From a virus (lineage: Duplodnaviria > Caudoviricetes), in IMG/VR virus record IMGVR_UViG_3300027898_000001: DNA of 64,000 nt; one strand, 5' to 3'. A program made the position numbers and the translations under genes. The notes under the pieces are model-generated. The model was not told where the DNA came from. It saw only the letters and a program-made list of their open reading frames with translations, and searched no databases. This document shows, one piece after another, positions 18,487-27,923 of this stretch (its first letter is position 1; each line of letters opens with the position of its first letter).

Positions 18487-19506
18487 ATGTCGTCTGATAA
18501 GAATTTAACTGGCGAACAGATACAGCAAGTGTTAGACTTAAATCTGTATAAAGCGTTAGAGCCAATAATTCTTTATACAGATTTATTTGACCAACAGGTA
18601 GCTTACATCCTGTCTGTTGTGTCAACTAATAGTAAGAGAAAGCCGAGTTCATTGCCTCGTACTCGTACAGTAGAGCTACTTTGTCAGTATCTTTTCACCA
18701 AGGATCGTGCGGAGAAGTTTTCTATTCTGCGTGAGGCAAGAATTGAGCGCTCTTTTTTGCACGTTTTCGCCAATCGCTTTCTACAACGTATCTCAAACTA
18801 TTTGACCAAGTACAACACGTTCTTAATGTGTGATACAGATAATCGAATTTTGCTAAAAGGTGAATTGGATACAATTGCACTACAAGCGGGTTGCAGTCAC
18901 AGGCAACACTTGTACGTTATAGCCACAGTTTCTTATAGTTACTTGGAGCACTTCTATAAATATCGTGCTCAAGTGTTAGAGAAATATATTAAACATGCTA
19001 GTAGCCAAGCAAAACGATTCACTACATCTAATGGTCCTAATTTTGATTTCAACGATGTTCGTCAAACCATTTTAAAAAGTATGCTACTCGCAATTGATAA
19101 ATATGACAGTAATAAAGGTGCGTTCACCAGTTATATAAATCAATGGGTTCTAAATGCACAAACCTGTAATACGTCAGAGCATGAATATGGTATAGCGTAC
19201 ACAGTGCCACAATCGCAGAGAAAGAAAATCGCAGAACATACCACAGGCTTTTTGAATCACAGTGTTAGCTTAGATGAATTAACCGATGATGATGGTCAAA
19301 CAAAAAGTTTACATAGTGTTATTGGTTCAGACGAGGCGTACCACGATGATGTTATCGCACAGAATCAGCGGGATATGTTTGTTCAGAAAATTGCTAAATT
19401 GGCTGATGTTCGCGGCTGTGTTAGATTGTTCTTTGATATTGGTGAATACTTCTCGCAAGAGGAAATTTCTAAAATGCGTAAACACACTGCCGAAGAGTGT
19501 AAATAA
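18487..19506 (+). CDS. Phage sigma70-family RNA polymerase sigma factor
   Basis: FNDVRQTILKSMLLAIDKYDSNKGAFTSYINQWV matches region 2.2-2.4; HSVSLDE matches region 3; region 4 appears truncated. Confidence 0.8.
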   Translation: MSSDKNLTGEQIQQVLDLNLYKALEPIILYTDLFDQQVAYILSVVSTNSKRKPSSLPRTRTVELLCQYLFTKDRAEKFSILREARIERSFLHVFANRFLQRISNYLTKYNTFLMCDTDNRILLKGELDTIALQAGCSHRQHLYVIATVSYSYLEHFYKYRAQVLEKYIKHASSQAKRFTTSNGPNFDFNDVRQTILKSMLLAIDKYDSNKGAFTSYINQWVLNAQTCNTSEHEYGIAYTVPQSQRKKIAEHTTGFLNHSVSLDELTDDDGQTKSLHSVIGSDEAYHDDVIAQNQRDMFVQKIAKLADVRGCVRLFFDIGEYFSQEEISKMRKHTAEECK

Positions 19507-19532
19507 AAGTTTTATCACTAGGAGTTACTTGT

Positions 19533-20756
19533 ATGGCACAAAAAGGTATAGGCTCTGCTAAGCCTAGAAAAGGCAATAACGATAGCGCTAAGCTGGAAGA
19601 AGTTATCGACATTTACAAATTCCAAGATCACCCCGATGAGTGGGTTCGTATTCGTTTATTAGAAAAGGGTTTGATTGCAGTTCGCCGTCACTGGTGTAAA
19701 ATCGCAGCAGGTAAAACTAAGAAGTTAGTAACTGTTCCACGTTTCTGTATTTCATTTGACCCTGAGAATGAATCTGAGCCAAAAGCTGGTGTTGTTTGTC
19801 CATACTGTGAAGCTGACACTGGTGATCGGGATACAAGCCCCGTAACCTCAGAGTTCTTTTATCTAACTAACGCAATTATTCGTGATTTGCAAGAAGATGA
19901 ACCTGCACGTAAAGCAGAACCAACTTCAAAAGAAAAGAAAACAGGCATCAAAGACATTAAATCAAAATCTTGGACTCCTGTTCGTGTTGTACGTTTGACC
20001 AACGGCGTTGTATCACGCATTCAAGAGCTTGGTGAAACAAATATCGTTAAAGATAAAAAGAGTGGTAAGAAGAAATCATTCGATTTGTCTCACGTTAAAT
20101 ACGGCGTTGACATTAATGTGAAGTTTAAGCCTAAAGCCTCGGGTTCTGAAAAGTATTCTGTCGATAAAGCTGATGATGGTCGTTGTGCTATTACCGAAGA
20201 AGAAAACGAGTACCTAGTATTTGAATTGTCTGAAGGTTTGCTTGATCTTTGTGGTCGCATGGATCCAAAACAAGCGAAAGAAGACTTCAAACGTATGGAG
20301 CTTGTTGGTGGTGAAGAAGTAGATGACGAAGAAGATGAGGATGATGAAGTCCCATTGAAGAAGAAGAAAAAGAAATCCAAGTTTGACGATGACGAAGATG
20401 AGGACGATGTTCCTAAGAAGAAGAAAAAGTCTAAGTTTGACGATGATGAAGACGAAAAGTCTTCTAAGAAAAAGTCCAAGTCAGGTAAAAAGAAAAAGTC
20501 TAAGTTTGACGATGATGACGATGATGAAAAGCCTTCTAAGAAAAAGTCCAAGAAGTCTAAGTCAGACGATGACGAAGATGAGGACGATGTTCCTAAGAAG
20601 AAAAAGAAATCTTCAAAGTTTGACGATGATGAAGACGAAAAGTCTTCTAAGAAATCTAAGTCTTCGGATAAAAAGAAATCTAAGTCTGATGACAAGAAAT
20701 CAAAATCAGGCAAAAAGAAATCATCCAAGTTCGATGAAGATGATGACAACTGGTAA
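19533..20756 (+). CDS. Putative ssDNA-binding protein (gp32-like) with long alternating K/D tail
   Basis: WVRIRLL...RRHW...CPYC...YLTNAII...DLSHVKYGVDINVK pattern; located next to recA; TGTAAATA at 19498-19505. Confidence 0.6.
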   Translation: MAQKGIGSAKPRKGNNDSAKLEEVIDIYKFQDHPDEWVRIRLLEKGLIAVRRHWCKIAAGKTKKLVTVPRFCISFDPENESEPKAGVVCPYCEADTGDRDTSPVTSEFFYLTNAIIRDLQEDEPARKAEPTSKEKKTGIKDIKSKSWTPVRVVRLTNGVVSRIQELGETNIVKDKKSGKKKSFDLSHVKYGVDINVKFKPKASGSEKYSVDKADDGRCAITEEENEYLVFELSEGLLDLCGRMDPKQAKEDFKRMELVGGEEVDDEEDEDDEVPLKKKKKKSKFDDDEDEDDVPKKKKKSKFDDDEDEKSSKKKSKSGKKKKSKFDDDDDDEKPSKKKSKKSKSDDDEDEDDVPKKKKKSSKFDDDEDEKSSKKSKSSDKKKSKSDDKKSKSGKKKSSKFDEDDDNW

Positions 20757-20780
20757 CAGTAGAAGTTTGCAGTTGGGTTA

Positions 20781-20804
20781 AGGGGGCTTCGGCCCCTATT
20801 TTTT
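20781..20804 (+). terminator. Intrinsic terminator with cUUCGg loop
   Basis: GGGGC-TTCG-GCCCC followed by TATTTTTT. Confidence 0.85.
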
Positions 20805-20830
20805 CGCTCAAACCTTATGGGGATTAATAA

Positions 20831-23749
20831 GTGGCTAAACTAGCAAAATCTGCCAAACTTAAAAATGCTGATGCGTCTGAATTAGCTGCGTTTGATCCAT
20901 ACGCGCATTTAGACAAATCAATCGACTCGATGGAAAAACAGTTTGAACTGAGTGCTATGTCGTTTGATAAGAACGAACCTAGATTCAGTACAGGCTTACT
21001 ATCACTAAACATTATGCTGGCCAATGGCCTTCTTGGTGGTGGTTGGTATACCTGCTTCGGTGGTGAACAGTCGTGTAAGTGCCTTGTTGGTGATAGCTTA
21101 GTTGTAACAGATAGTGGTTTGTTGCGACTAGATGAAATATATTTGGAATCATCTAAATCTACGTTAGAAGGTTTCAACGATATTACACCTATTACTGTCG
21201 AATCTCATAAAGGTAAACGACAAGCTACTAAAGTTTACATAGGTAAAGGTTCTACATATCGTATCAAGACAAAACTAGGTGATGTTGTAGAAGGTTTGCC
21301 GGATCACAAGTTATGGAGTCTTGTTGACGGTAAATTTACGTGGACACGTTTAGATAAGCTAAAACAAGGTGCTTATGTTCCAAAGAAAATAGGTACTAAT
21401 ATATATGCCAAAGAGTCTGCAAAGTTTAATTTTAAACCAGATCTTGACTATATGTTTAAAATGACTGATAGTTTACGCGGTCTTGGTGATGTACATTATC
21501 CTAGTGAGATTTCAGAAAATCTCGCTGAAATTTTTGGCTGGTTAGTGTCAGAAGGTTCTCCGGATAACAGATTTCATAACAAGAATCCTTATGCACTTAA
21601 TCGCTTTAATAAACTCGTAAAACGTGTGTTTGGACAACCTTGCAAAACGCTTACAGATAATTATGCAATAGCACATGGCTTAGTATTAAGATTTTTTAGT
21701 GAGTATCTTGGTAATGTAACATCTGCTGAGCGATTTACTCCTGTAAGTGTACGCTGTTCTCCTAAGAATATACAAACAGCTTACCTGCGTTCGTTATTTG
21801 AAGGTGATGGTGCCGCTATTAATTCAAAGAACGGTACAGTTACTCTTACAACGCTTAGTAGAAAACTTGCGGAAGAAACTAAGTACATGCTAGAAAACAT
21901 GGGCATGCTTTGTTATATTAGAGAACGCACGACGTGGGCTACTAATGGTAGTGAATCTCAGATTGAAAAAGAAGCCTATGTTTTATCTGTACATCCAGAT
22001 TTCGCACATGTGTTTGAATCTGAAGTTGGTTTTTTATCCAATAGAAAGAATGAAATATTACGAACACTTATTGAACGCAGCTTAAATAGTAAATCTGTAA
22101 ACTCTCGTGTTGGTCCTACGAACACGTTACCGGGCGCGGAGCTTGCGGTACATTTAATAAATATTGTGAATCGTATAAGTCCAAATCTTGGAATATCCTG
22201 CAGCAGTAGTGGTCAGAGTTCTGTATTCTCCAATATTTCAACAAAAGACTTGCGTAGTGGTAAATCAGGATTAACAAGATGTACACTATCTCGTATTTTA
22301 AATTGTATTGTCGAATATAAGTTAGAAGATTCTCTACCAGACGAAGGTAAAGAATTAATTAAAACTTTGAAACACTACACAAACTATTATTGGACAACTG
22401 TAGACTACTCTAAACGTACTAGACTTAAAAAACTTGTGTACGATCTAAATGTAGAAGATACGCACTCCTATCATGTTAATGGTATGATTAGCCACAACTC
22501 CACCCTGGCAATGACCATTCTAAGTAGTATCATGTTGCAGAAAGATTTTCGTGGCAAGGCTGCGTATTTCGACTACGAAGGTAGTTCGCAGGCAGAGTAC
22601 ATTGAAAACATCATGCGTAGTATGGGCATCAAAGACAACATTGAAAGTGTGTTTGGTGTACAAGATGAAGAAACAGGTGATTGGATTGTTAAACCACGTG
22701 TACGTTATTACACTCCAGATACTGGTGAGAAGTTCTTCCACTACTTAGCCAAGTTAGAAAAACTATTACCGGATAAAGTCAAGAAAGGCGGACAGTGGTA
22801 TTTCGTGTATGAAAATAACCGCGACAATCAGAAAGCCCTTAAAGGCCGTTATGATAAAGCGTTATTTAGTAAGTACAACCAATTCTACATTCCTGCTCCT
22901 GACGGCACCATTCAAGCCATCATACTGACAGACTCTTATCCAGCAATGTTACCCGATAGTGCAGATAAGAAAGAAGAAGGTGATAAAGGCTTGGCTTTGC
23001 AAGCGCGTATGTTTGCTGATGGTTTGAAACGTGTTAAGAGTGCTATGCGTAGAAAGCGTATTGTAGTTCTAGGCGTTAACCAACTACGTAAAGTACCGAT
23101 GGCAATGTATGGACCTTCTGAGACTGAGCCATGCGGCGATGCTTTGAAGTACTTCAGCGATGTTCGTTTCCGCAATAGTTCTGTTTCTATTCCACACGGC
23201 AAAGGCATGTTGGAAGAAGAAGATAGTGTTATTGGTGACGGTGTTGATACGTACCGCTATATCAAAATTCGTACACACAAAAACAAACTCGGTGGTGTGC
23301 CAAACCAAGAAGTTACTTTACGTATTGTAGTAGAGAACGCTAATGGTACGGCTACTGGTTTCTGTCGTGTTTGGGATGCGTACACCTATTTGAAGCTAAC
23401 GGGTCAGATTGGTGGTCAGCGCAACAAGATTAAATTCTTGGAAGGCTTTAATGTCGTCAAGAAAGATCCAAAGACACAGATCAGCAAAGAAGTTTACGTG
23501 GACTTTAAAAATCCATTTGCTGGAACAGTTGTTAATTGGTTAGATTTTAAAACTCTGATTGAAGGACACAAGGATGATATTAAAGCACTATGTAAAAAAC
23601 TGAAAATGTCTAAGCCTGTCATGTTGCGCAGTTTCTTGGAAAATCAATGCTCTGATGGTTTGGGCTTCACTTACATGAAAGATGCAAAACGTGCCAAATC
23701 TGCGGAGAAAAGATCGGCAGATAAGTCTGATGCAGATGATGAAGAATAG
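20831..23749 (+). CDS. recA: RecA/UvsX-like recombinase with intein in the Walker A loop
   Basis: FSTGLLSLNIML, GGEQSCK|STLA, YFDYEG, ILTDSYPAM, LALQARMF, VLGVNQLR, GDALKYFSDVR, KNK; predicted spliced length 499 aa. Confidence 0.9.
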   Translation: MAKLAKSAKLKNADASELAAFDPYAHLDKSIDSMEKQFELSAMSFDKNEPRFSTGLLSLNIMLANGLLGGGWYTCFGGEQSCKCLVGDSLVVTDSGLLRLDEIYLESSKSTLEGFNDITPITVESHKGKRQATKVYIGKGSTYRIKTKLGDVVEGLPDHKLWSLVDGKFTWTRLDKLKQGAYVPKKIGTNIYAKESAKFNFKPDLDYMFKMTDSLRGLGDVHYPSEISENLAEIFGWLVSEGSPDNRFHNKNPYALNRFNKLVKRVFGQPCKTLTDNYAIAHGLVLRFFSEYLGNVTSAERFTPVSVRCSPKNIQTAYLRSLFEGDGAAINSKNGTVTLTTLSRKLAEETKYMLENMGMLCYIRERTTWATNGSESQIEKEAYVLSVHPDFAHVFESEVGFLSNRKNEILRTLIERSLNSKSVNSRVGPTNTLPGAELAVHLINIVNRISPNLGISCSSSGQSSVFSNISTKDLRSGKSGLTRCTLSRILNCIVEYKLEDSLPDEGKELIKTLKHYTNYYWTTVDYSKRTRLKKLVYDLNVEDTHSYHVNGMISHNSTLAMTILSSIMLQKDFRGKAAYFDYEGSSQAEYIENIMRSMGIKDNIESVFGVQDEETGDWIVKPRVRYYTPDTGEKFFHYLAKLEKLLPDKVKKGGQWYFVYENNRDNQKALKGRYDKALFSKYNQFYIPAPDGTIQAIILTDSYPAMLPDSADKKEEGDKGLALQARMFADGLKRVKSAMRRKRIVVLGVNQLRKVPMAMYGPSETEPCGDALKYFSDVRFRNSSVSIPHGKGMLEEEDSVIGDGVDTYRYIKIRTHKNKLGGVPNQEVTLRIVVENANGTATGFCRVWDAYTYLKLTGQIGGQRNKIKFLEGFNVVKKDPKTQISKEVYVDFKNPFAGTVVNWLDFKTLIEGHKDDIKALCKKLKMSKPVMLRSFLENQCSDGLGFTYMKDAKRAKSAEKRSADKSDADDEE
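21080..22498 (+). mobile_element. Intein (473 aa) with LAGLIDADG endonuclease
   Basis: Begins CLVGDSLVVTDSG; ends VYDLNVEDTHSYHVNGMISHN followed by Ser; FGWLVSEG and LRSLFEGDG motifs. Confidence 0.92.
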
Positions 23750-23756
23750 TACGTTT

Positions 23757-23787
23757 AACGCTCCTTTTTAGGGGCGTTTTTTTTTTA
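23757..23787 (+). terminator. Intrinsic terminator after recA
   Basis: AACGCTCCT/AGGGGCGTT stem followed by long T run. Confidence 0.8.
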
Positions 23788-23788
23788 T

Positions 23789-23892
23789 TTGCACTTGTTT
23801 TGAAAATGTGATATAATGAGTTGTGAAAGAAATATCTATCCTGTCTGCACTTTGTAGGTATATCACATAGGCAAGATTGAAATGTTTGTAAA
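23789..23892 (+). promoter_or_regulatory. Dispersed early promoter/leader element, copy 3
   Basis: TTGCAC(23789)-17 bp-TATAAT(23812); TGTAGGTATA box; AAATGTTTGTAAA at 23880-23892. Confidence 0.85.
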
Positions 23893-23921
23893 TTCCACTA
23901 AATATCACTTTCGAGGTTTAT

Positions 23922-24323
23922 ATGTATTCACATTATTCTGATAACCCTACTCGCACAAATCGTGCAGTTCAAATCTATATTATTTTAATGGGTTATGCAA
24001 CACGTGCCGAAACGCTGACGTACAAAGACCTAGCTGGTCATATAGGTTATGATGGCGCAGGTGTGTTTGCACAAACACTTGATATGATTCAAAACTGGTG
24101 CCAACATCACCAATTGCCTTTACTAACCGCAATTGTTGTGAACTCTGCTACAGGTGAGCCTGGTGATGGTTTACTCGCAGAAGATTTCTCAGAAGAACAA
24201 AACAAAGTGTTTGTATATAACTGGTATGGCATTACAGTACCAACTGCTCAAAACTTTGAAGATTTTTGGCGCATCGAGCAACAACGCCGTGCAAACAATG
24301 TAGTAGAACCAGAAGTAGCTTAA
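23922..24323 (+). CDS. Winged-helix-like conserved bacterial hypothetical protein
   Basis: RAVQIYIIL...TLTYKDLAGHIG...NWCQHHQLPLLTAIVVNSATGEPGDG pattern of a widespread wHTH-like family. Confidence 0.6.
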   Translation: MYSHYSDNPTRTNRAVQIYIILMGYATRAETLTYKDLAGHIGYDGAGVFAQTLDMIQNWCQHHQLPLLTAIVVNSATGEPGDGLLAEDFSEEQNKVFVYNWYGITVPTAQNFEDFWRIEQQRRANNVVEPEVA

Positions 24324-24336
24324 CAGTAAATAAATA

Positions 24337-24356
24337 GGAGTAGCAATTGCTACTCC
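24337..24356. promoter_or_regulatory. Perfect 20-bp palindrome (operator or hairpin)
   Basis: GGAGTAGCAATTGCTACTCC is its own reverse complement; no U-tract. Confidence 0.5.
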
Positions 24357-24405
24357 AACTAAATGTCATTAAATGTTCCACTAAATTTCACTAAAGGTAA
24401 ATATC

Positions 24406-26199
24406 ATGCAACAATTAGCTATCACTGCACCACAATACCCATTATCACACACTGTATTCCAAGCCCTGCACTACTCTGATGTTTATACAAGCGCAGATAT
24501 GTTATTAGATTATCTCCTTGCGCATAACATTGATACTATGTTCGGTGTTCCAGGTGGTGCTATCGAACCTCTGTTGAATGCTGTATCTCGCAATCAAAAA
24601 GCATTTGGTCCTATCCGTTCCGTTATTGCTCGCCACGAAACTGGTGCAGCATTCATGGCAGATGGTTACTATCGTGAAACCCGCAAACTCGCAGTTGTGT
24701 TCAGCACTACTGGTCCAGGTACTACCAATTTAATTACTGGTGTTGCAAGCGCGTATTCTGATAATATTCCAATGCTTATCATCACTGCACAAACCCCATT
24801 ACCAAAATTCGGCCGTCGTGCTTTACAAGAAAGTAGTTGTACTTCTGTAGACACTGTGGCAATGTTCCAAAGTATTACACATTACAACACTTTGGTTTCA
24901 CATGCAGACCAACTTGAACACAAACTACGTGCGGCATTGTTAGCTGCTTATCAAAATAAAGGTCCAGTACACTTGAGTATTCCAAGTGATGTGCTTCGCC
25001 AAGATACCTGCAAACACGCTATCAAACGTGTCACGAACAATCACGACCATTTTGTTGATACGGATGCACTAAAAGAATTGTTAAATATCTTAGAGCAAGA
25101 TAGCTCTATTGCTGTGATTGTAGGTGAAGGTTGCCACGAAGCTAGTCAAGAGATTATGGAGTTTTTGAATTTAACAGATTTACCTTTTATGTCTACACCA
25201 ATAGGTAAATCGTTTGTTGATGAAACACATAAGAATTATTTAGGTGTTTACGGATTTGCTGGACACGCTTCTGCTAAACAATTACTCCAATCTACTCGCG
25301 TTGTTACAGTTATCGCAATTGGTTGCACTTTAGATGAGTTGAGTACGTCTGGTTGGAGTCCTGATTTGTTGAACTACAAATTGGTCCACATTGATAGTTG
25401 TGCAGAACATTTCACACGCTCTGGTATGGCTAAGTTGCAAGTGTACGGCAATATCAAGTACGTGTTTGAGTGTATGAATACTGAGGTTGAAAATCTTATC
25501 GGTGCGGAATTAGCGTGGAGCAATGTTTCAGATAAGACTCAATTAAATGCTTGCGGTGGTTATGCTGAATTGAAAAACTCCAAAGCCTGCACATTACCAA
25601 GTAGCACTATAAAGCCGCAGTATCTTATGCACCGCCTCAGTCACAATCTAGTAGACGATGCTCGTATATTTGTAGATGCTGGTAATAGTTGGGCATGGGC
25701 CACGCACTATCTAACACGCAAGAACAGTGATGGTAAGTATCACATTGCAATGGGCTTCGGCAGTATGGCATGGTCAGTTGGTGCTGCTATAGGTAGCGCG
25801 TTCGCTACAAATGAACCTACTGTTTGTATAGTTGGTGATGGTTCATTCTTAATGTCCTCGCATGAGATAACTGTAGCTGTCCAGCATAATCTTCCCATTG
25901 TGTTTTTAGTTCTGAATGACAGTGCTATGGGTATGGTGATGCACGGACAAAAGCTTGGAGGACAAGAAAGCATCGGCTGGGAATTGAATGTTGTCGATTT
26001 CGCTGCAATAGCAAAAGCAAGTGGGGCGTACGGTACAATTGTACGAACAACAAAAGAATTAGATGCTATCGACCTTAATGTTTTGTTTCTGCGCAACGGT
26101 CCTACATTGATTGATGTGCGCATTGATCGCAATGAAGTACCACCAATGGGTGATCGTATTAAAGGTTTGGCACAACAATCAGCAACTCCAGGAGGTTAA
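24406..26199 (+). CDS. ThDP-dependent enzyme, acetolactate synthase large-subunit-like family
   Basis: FGVPGG, ARHETGAAFMADGY (catalytic Glu), TTGPGTTNLITGVASA, and GDGSFLM...VLND ThDP motif are all intact. Confidence 0.92.
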   Translation: MQQLAITAPQYPLSHTVFQALHYSDVYTSADMLLDYLLAHNIDTMFGVPGGAIEPLLNAVSRNQKAFGPIRSVIARHETGAAFMADGYYRETRKLAVVFSTTGPGTTNLITGVASAYSDNIPMLIITAQTPLPKFGRRALQESSCTSVDTVAMFQSITHYNTLVSHADQLEHKLRAALLAAYQNKGPVHLSIPSDVLRQDTCKHAIKRVTNNHDHFVDTDALKELLNILEQDSSIAVIVGEGCHEASQEIMEFLNLTDLPFMSTPIGKSFVDETHKNYLGVYGFAGHASAKQLLQSTRVVTVIAIGCTLDELSTSGWSPDLLNYKLVHIDSCAEHFTRSGMAKLQVYGNIKYVFECMNTEVENLIGAELAWSNVSDKTQLNACGGYAELKNSKACTLPSSTIKPQYLMHRLSHNLVDDARIFVDAGNSWAWATHYLTRKNSDGKYHIAMGFGSMAWSVGAAIGSAFATNEPTVCIVGDGSFLMSSHEITVAVQHNLPIVFLVLNDSAMGMVMHGQKLGGQESIGWELNVVDFAAIAKASGAYGTIVRTTKELDAIDLNVLFLRNGPTLIDVRIDRNEVPPMGDRIKGLAQQSATPGG

Positions 26200-26201
26200 T
26201 T

Positions 26202-26648
26202 GTGGACGATTTAATCTATTTCAATACAACGGTAGCAGATAAGCCTACTCTTAGTATAAACTTTACGCTGTTCCATTCAATTGCCTCTTGCATTAAGAAC
26301 ATTGAACCTGTCTCTAGTATACCGCGTTTGTTATTGTGGTTAGATAAGCCTGCAATGTTTCGTATTGAGAAAAATTTGTATCGTTCTGAGGCTTTTACTT
26401 TGCCTGCGTCCGAGGTTATTATTATTTACAAGGCACTTCTCGAATTGCTTAACACGCACAAAGAAGGTATTAATGTGAAGGAAGAGTTGGCTACTCTTTT
26501 CGTTGTAGAGATTATGAATATAGCCTCTCTACTGCTGTTCTTTTCTGGTGTCGTTCTTGCAAAATCTCCAATTACTATCGTTCGCCATAGTACGCGAGAA
26601 TCATTAAAATATGACAAAGCATTGTCTAATGTAGTATCATTAAAATAA
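26202..26648 (+). CDS. Hypothetical protein
   Basis: ORF track; GGAGG RBS before GTG. Confidence 0.65.
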   Translation: MDDLIYFNTTVADKPTLSINFTLFHSIASCIKNIEPVSSIPRLLLWLDKPAMFRIEKNLYRSEAFTLPASEVIIIYKALLELLNTHKEGINVKEELATLFVVEIMNIASLLLFFSGVVLAKSPITIVRHSTRESLKYDKALSNVVSLK

Positions 26649-26661
26649 AAGGAGAAGTGTT

Positions 26662-26946
26662 ATGCAAATTGAAGATTTAACTTATGGTCATGTATTGCGT
26701 GTAATGTTTGATAGTGGTCCTGCAAACATTCTATTTTTGTCGAAACGTAAAGATCGCCCCACTTCAAACTACTGGATTAGAGGTGTTCGTTTCGATACAA
26801 AAGAGTACGTACATTTCCATTCAACCCGTGTATCTGGTGTGTTTGAACTAACAGTGTTTGACTCGTGGAACTCACCGAACCCATTTATTCCTATTACTAA
26901 AGGTAACTCACATGAGAGCAACTGTTTTAAAATCGACTCGCAATGA
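26662..26946 (+). CDS. Hypothetical protein
   Basis: ORF track; AAGGAG RBS. Confidence 0.7.
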   Translation: MQIEDLTYGHVLRVMFDSGPANILFLSKRKDRPTSNYWIRGVRFDTKEYVHFHSTRVSGVFELTVFDSWNSPNPFIPITKGNSHESNCFKIDSQ

Positions 26947-27535
26947 TTCACTGTATGCGCAGTTACCAAACTGCGTTTCATTCTTCAACAAAGATATTCT
27001 CGCTACCTTGGAAGTAGGTCGAGAGTATGAGTTTATGATTGTTGGTTACAGCAAGTCTACTAAACCTGCTGATGGTTTGCCTTCCGCAGTATTCTTAGAT
27101 TTGGTAACAGAACAAGATGTATTGGTAGAAGCTCCTATTCTTTCTACCAGCGGTTCGATGTGTGTCACTTCTACTTTCCACAAAAAGTTTGGTGATATTT
27201 ACCCGGGTATGCACTCACCTGTGCCTGTTGTAGATAATACTAACAATACGTTCTACGATATGCCTACATTTCCACAACCTATCATTCCGATATGGATTAG
27301 AAAAACACCTAATAATTATCGAGCTATAGGTGTAGAATCGTATGAGCATATTCAACCAGTGTTTGCATTACGCCCTGATATTCAACGTGTGCAAAATGCT
27401 TTAGATGATCGGCACAATACATGGTCCGATTATATAAAGAATCCTGAAGGTAAGAACCTTCAACAACTCTATGATGATGTTCGTACACGTCATGGTATCG
27501 TAAAACAAAACGCGAATTTTGTGTTCGCCAACTAA
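26912..27535 (+). CDS. Hypothetical protein
   Basis: ORF track 26858-27535; ATG 26912 after AAAGGT. Confidence 0.7.
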   Translation: MRATVLKSTRNDSLYAQLPNCVSFFNKDILATLEVGREYEFMIVGYSKSTKPADGLPSAVFLDLVTEQDVLVEAPILSTSGSMCVTSTFHKKFGDIYPGMHSPVPVVDNTNNTFYDMPTFPQPIIPIWIRKTPNNYRAIGVESYEHIQPVFALRPDIQRVQNALDDRHNTWSDYIKNPEGKNLQQLYDDVRTRHGIVKQNANFVFAN

Positions 27536-27554
27536 ACTTTATAGGTACAAATAT

Positions 27555-27911
27555 ATGTCAACTAAAATTTCAATAAAAACTACCAGCGTGACCGTAATTC
27601 TAGCATTAAAAGAATTACAAACCTGTCTTGCTCGGTTACATACAACACCAGCAGTGTGTTCTAATCTAGCGCTGTCTGGTTTATTTAATCTGTCTGATGA
27701 TGCTGATATTTATCGTGCAGATTTACGTTTGGATGATGCTCACACATTATATCCAATTTTTGCTAATACTATGCGTGACGTGTTATCTGTATCTTATAAT
27801 AAGTTAGTCTCGGTTGAAACTACTTTGCAGATTGAAGTTTATTCTGGTATGCTTGCACTTCTTGCAAACAGTATTAAGACTTGTTCTGATATTCAAATAG
27901 ACTTGATTTAA
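27555..27911 (+). CDS. Hypothetical protein
   Basis: ORF track 27519-27911; ATG 27555. Confidence 0.65.
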   Translation: MSTKISIKTTSVTVILALKELQTCLARLHTTPAVCSNLALSGLFNLSDDADIYRADLRLDDAHTLYPIFANTMRDVLSVSYNKLVSVETTLQIEVYSGMLALLANSIKTCSDIQIDLI

Positions 27912-27923
27912 AGGAAATATAAA

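Noticed and set aside
24406-26199. Assigning ilvB/ilvI gene symbol
   Set aside because: Family motifs are clear, but the subfamily cannot be determined by eye and no regulatory subunit or pathway genes are adjacent.
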